Position numbers and translations under genes: made by a program. The notes below the pieces were generated by a model. That model saw nothing but the letters and a program-made list of their open reading frames with translations. It was not told the DNA's origin and ran no database searches. From Gemmatimonadaceae bacterium (lineage in GTDB: Bacteria; Gemmatimonadota; Gemmatimonadetes; Gemmatimonadales; Gemmatimonadaceae): a stretch of 26,711 nucleotides of DNA. The stretch spans positions 1 to 26,711 of the forward strand of contig DATMBT010000132.1 in the NCBI GenBank assembly GCA_035559475.1. Reading direction: 5' to 3'. Below, piece by piece: positions 24,574 through 26,711 of this stretch (positions are counted from its first letter, which is position 1; each line of letters begins with the position of its first letter).

Positions 24574-25931
24574 CAGCGTGCCCCGGTTGGAAAGAACGCC
24601 GCATGCAGTTGCCGCATCGCGGACGGCACCTGGTCCGCATCGACGAGCATGGTCAGGTTGATGCCACTCGCACTGAGGGAAAGCATGTGGATGCGCTTGT
24701 CCTTCAAGGCACCCAATGCGCGTGCCATCGCTTCGCTGTCGGCACCAAGTCCTGCGCCGACCAGCGCAACAATCCCGCGGTTCCGTTCCACGGACACGTC
24801 CCCGAGTTGCGAAAGATCCACGGTCAGCGACTCCAGGTGGCGCGCGTCATCGATGGTGAGGCTCACGCTGATCTCCGACGTGGCAACCACGTCGACCGAC
24901 GTGCGGTGCCTGTCGAAGATCTCGAAGATGCGCGCGAGGAACCCGTGCGCCAGCAGCATCCGCGGCGACCGCACCTTCACGACGGTGACACCTTCCTTGC
25001 CGGCGATGGCCGTCACGGGTCGCCGAGGGGCATCGAACGCGATGAGCGTCCCCTGCCCTTGCGGCTGCTTCGCGTTGAGGATCGACACCGGGATGCCAAG
25101 CCGAACGGCGGGCGCGATGGTGCTCGGGTGAAGCACCTTGGCCCCGAACGACGCCAGCTCACTTGCCTCGTCGAACCGGATCCGGTCGATGAGCCGCGCG
25201 TCCGGCACCACCCGCGGATCCGCCGTGAGCATGCCGTCGACATCGGTCCAGATTTCTATGGCTTCGGCTCCCAGCGCTGCGCCTAACAACGATGCGCTGT
25301 AGTCACTCCCACCGCGTCCCAGCGTGGTGGTGATGCCATGTTCGGTCGCACCGACAAAACCCCCGACGATCGGAACGCGACCAGCGGCGAGGATGGGACG
25401 GATGACCGCTCCGGCGCGCTCAACGATCCGATCCGTCCGCGGCTCGGCCTTGCCGAAGGCATCGGTCGTGATCATCACGTCACCCGGGTTGACCAGTTCC
25501 GCCGGGATGCCCCGGGCGCGAAACGCGGCCACCACAAGCTCCGACGACAACAACTCGCCCTTGGCGGCGATGGCGTCGAGACTGCGGGGGGTGGCGTGGC
25601 CCAGGACCGATAACGCCTCGGCCAGCGCGGCGAGTTCGTCGAACGTGGCCGACAGTTCGCCGGCGACGTCCACCGCGTCGGAGCTGTTGCCGAGCAATTC
25701 GGAACAGACTTTCAGGTGACGCTCGCGGAGCGCTTCCACGCCACGGATGGCCAGGATGAATTGTCCCGACGCGGCCTGCTCGGCGAGGTCGATCAGTGCG
25801 TTGGTGGCACCGCCTAACGCGGACACCACCACCAGTGGCTGGCGGGACACCCGGTCGCCAATGATGCCAGCGGCGCGTTCAATCGCGGCCGCGTCCCCGA
25901 CCGACGTTCCGCCAAACTTGGCGACGATCAT
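24573..25931 (-). CDS. lysC: Monofunctional aspartokinase (LysC/AK III-like)
   Basis: KFGGTSV, VVVSA, TTLGRGGSDYSA, WTDVDG..TADPR, FGAKVLHP, two ACT domains (TSEISVSLT). Confidence 0.96.
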   Translation of the reverse strand: MIVAKFGGTSVGDAAAIERAAGIIGDRVSRQPLVVVSALGGATNALIDLAEQAASGQFILAIRGVEALRERHLKVCSELLGNSSDAVDVAGELSATFDELAALAEALSVLGHATPRSLDAIAAKGELLSSELVVAAFRARGIPAELVNPGDVMITTDAFGKAEPRTDRIVERAGAVIRPILAAGRVPIVGGFVGATEHGITTTLGRGGSDYSASLLGAALGAEAIEIWTDVDGMLTADPRVVPDARLIDRIRFDEASELASFGAKVLHPSTIAPAVRLGIPVSILNAKQPQGQGTLIAFDAPRRPVTAIAGKEGVTVVKVRSPRMLLAHGFLARIFEIFDRHRTSVDVVATSEISVSLTIDDARHLESLTVDLSQLGDVSVERNRGIVALVGAGLGADSEAMARALGALKDKRIHMLSLSASGINLTMLVDADQVPSAMRQLHAAFFPTGAR

Positions 25932-26711
25932 GCCGGCGGCAGCAACCCGCGCGACGCCAGCAACTCCGCGTTGAGCACCGAACCGCCGGCTGCACCACGA
26001 ATGATGTTGTGACCCAGCGCCACCAGCTTGATGTCGAAGAGCGGATCGGGACGGATCCGTCCCGCCGTCACCGTCATCCCCCGCCCCGCCCAGACATCAC
26101 GCCGGGTCTGCGGCCGGTCCGGCTCGCGCGTAACGACGAGCGGCAGCTCCGGCGCGCTCGGCAGGCCGCGCGCGTCCGCGTGACCGCGCCAGGTGCACAT
26201 GGCCTCCATGGCCGCGTCGGGAGAGACACGCTGGTCAAAGCCAAGCGACAGGCACACGAGGTGACCGTGTTCGGTGGCCACGCGATTGGTGTGCGCGCTC
26301 ACCTTCATTGGCGCTGCCTCCACCGTTTCACCCGCGAACCTGCCTAACATCTTGTTCAGCTCACGCTCGACCTTCGGCTCCTCGTCGCCGATATAGGGAA
26401 TCACGTTGCCGAGGATGTCGAGCGAGGCGACGCCGGGATACCCCGCGCCCGAGACGGCCTGCATGGTGAACACCATGGCGCGCGTGATGGTGAACGCCTC
26501 GTGCAGCGGCGCCATCGCCATCGCCGCGACCGTCGCGGCACAATTGGCGTTCGTCACGATGCCACCCGTCCAGCGGCGAGTGCGGCGTTGGGTCTCGAGC
26601 AGCGCGAGATGCGGCGCGTTCACCTCCGGAATCACCAGCGGTACGTCGGCGTCCATGCGGTCGTTCTTCGCGTTACTGAGAACGAGCCGGCCGGCCCTCG
26701 CAAAAGCCTGT
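25928..26711 (-). CDS. asd: Aspartate-semialdehyde dehydrogenase (5'-truncated by window edge)
   Basis: SNAKNDRMDADVPLVIPEVN, TNANC, QAVSGAGYPGV, GHNIIRGAAG; the frame stays open to the window end. Confidence 0.95.
   Translation of the reverse strand, partial: QAFARAGRLVLSNAKNDRMDADVPLVIPEVNAPHLALLETQRRTRRWTGGIVTNANCAATVAAMAMAPLHEAFTITRAMVFTMQAVSGAGYPGVASLDILGNVIPYIGDEEPKVERELNKMLGRFAGETVEAAPMKVSAHTNRVATEHGHLVCLSLGFDQRVSPDAAMEAMCTWRGHADARGLPSAPELPLVVTREPDRPQTRRDVWAGRGMTVTAGRIRPDPLFDIKLVALGHNIIRGAAGGSVLNAELLASRGLLPPA

Larger units (their letters stand above)
605..26348. repeat. Dispersed octamer CGTTAGGC/GCCTAACG (13 exact copies, 19 with GTTAGG core)
   Basis: Exact copies at 605(+), 2745, 4722, 4839, 7636, 9712, 12144, 14870, 18596, 19118, 21238, 21928 and 25812. 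Variants at 1299, 6403, 10359(+), 24259(+), 25281 and 26342. Counted by eye. Confidence 0.9.

Noticed and set aside
605..26348. TTAGGC resembles a eukaryotic (nematode-type) telomere repeat
   Set aside because: Copies are single and dispersed in bacterial coding sequence, never tandem; the resemblance is treated as coincidence.

Overview
GC-rich bacterial core-genome segment, most likely Gemmatimonadota or another FCB-group lineage (inferred from the rplM-rpsI-rpsB-tsf-pyrH-frr gene order, a Hanks kinase with PEGA-like repeats and an archaeal/eukaryote-type Asd). Most genes lie on the minus strand in three runs: asd(partial)-lysC-dapB-dapA-dapD-aroA-cmk-rpsA; carboxyltransferase(pccB-like)-biotin carboxylase-RlmD-like methyltransferase-biotin carrier; and rplM-rpsI-rpsB-tsf-pyrH-frr-uppS-cdsA-dxr-rseP-hypothetical membrane protein. 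The plus strand carries a partial Ser/Thr kinase and an orphan hybrid histidine kinase. I found no mobile element, CRISPR array, tRNA or rRNA. The protein content is ordinary, but two DNA-level patterns are not explained by it. First, a non-palindromic octamer CGTTAGGC occurs in 13 exact copies (19 with the GTTAGG core), mostly written as TTA-GGC inside housekeeping genes and also in other frames, antisense and non-coding DNA. Second, there are ten short 7-bp tandem arrays built from about 7 different units; six have inverted arms that form hairpins between genes and two sit inside coding loops. Also noted: an rpsB (t44-like) leader, a structured rpsA leader without a Shine-Dalgarno (SD) site, a four-hairpin rpsB-tsf spacer and a probable CTG start codon.
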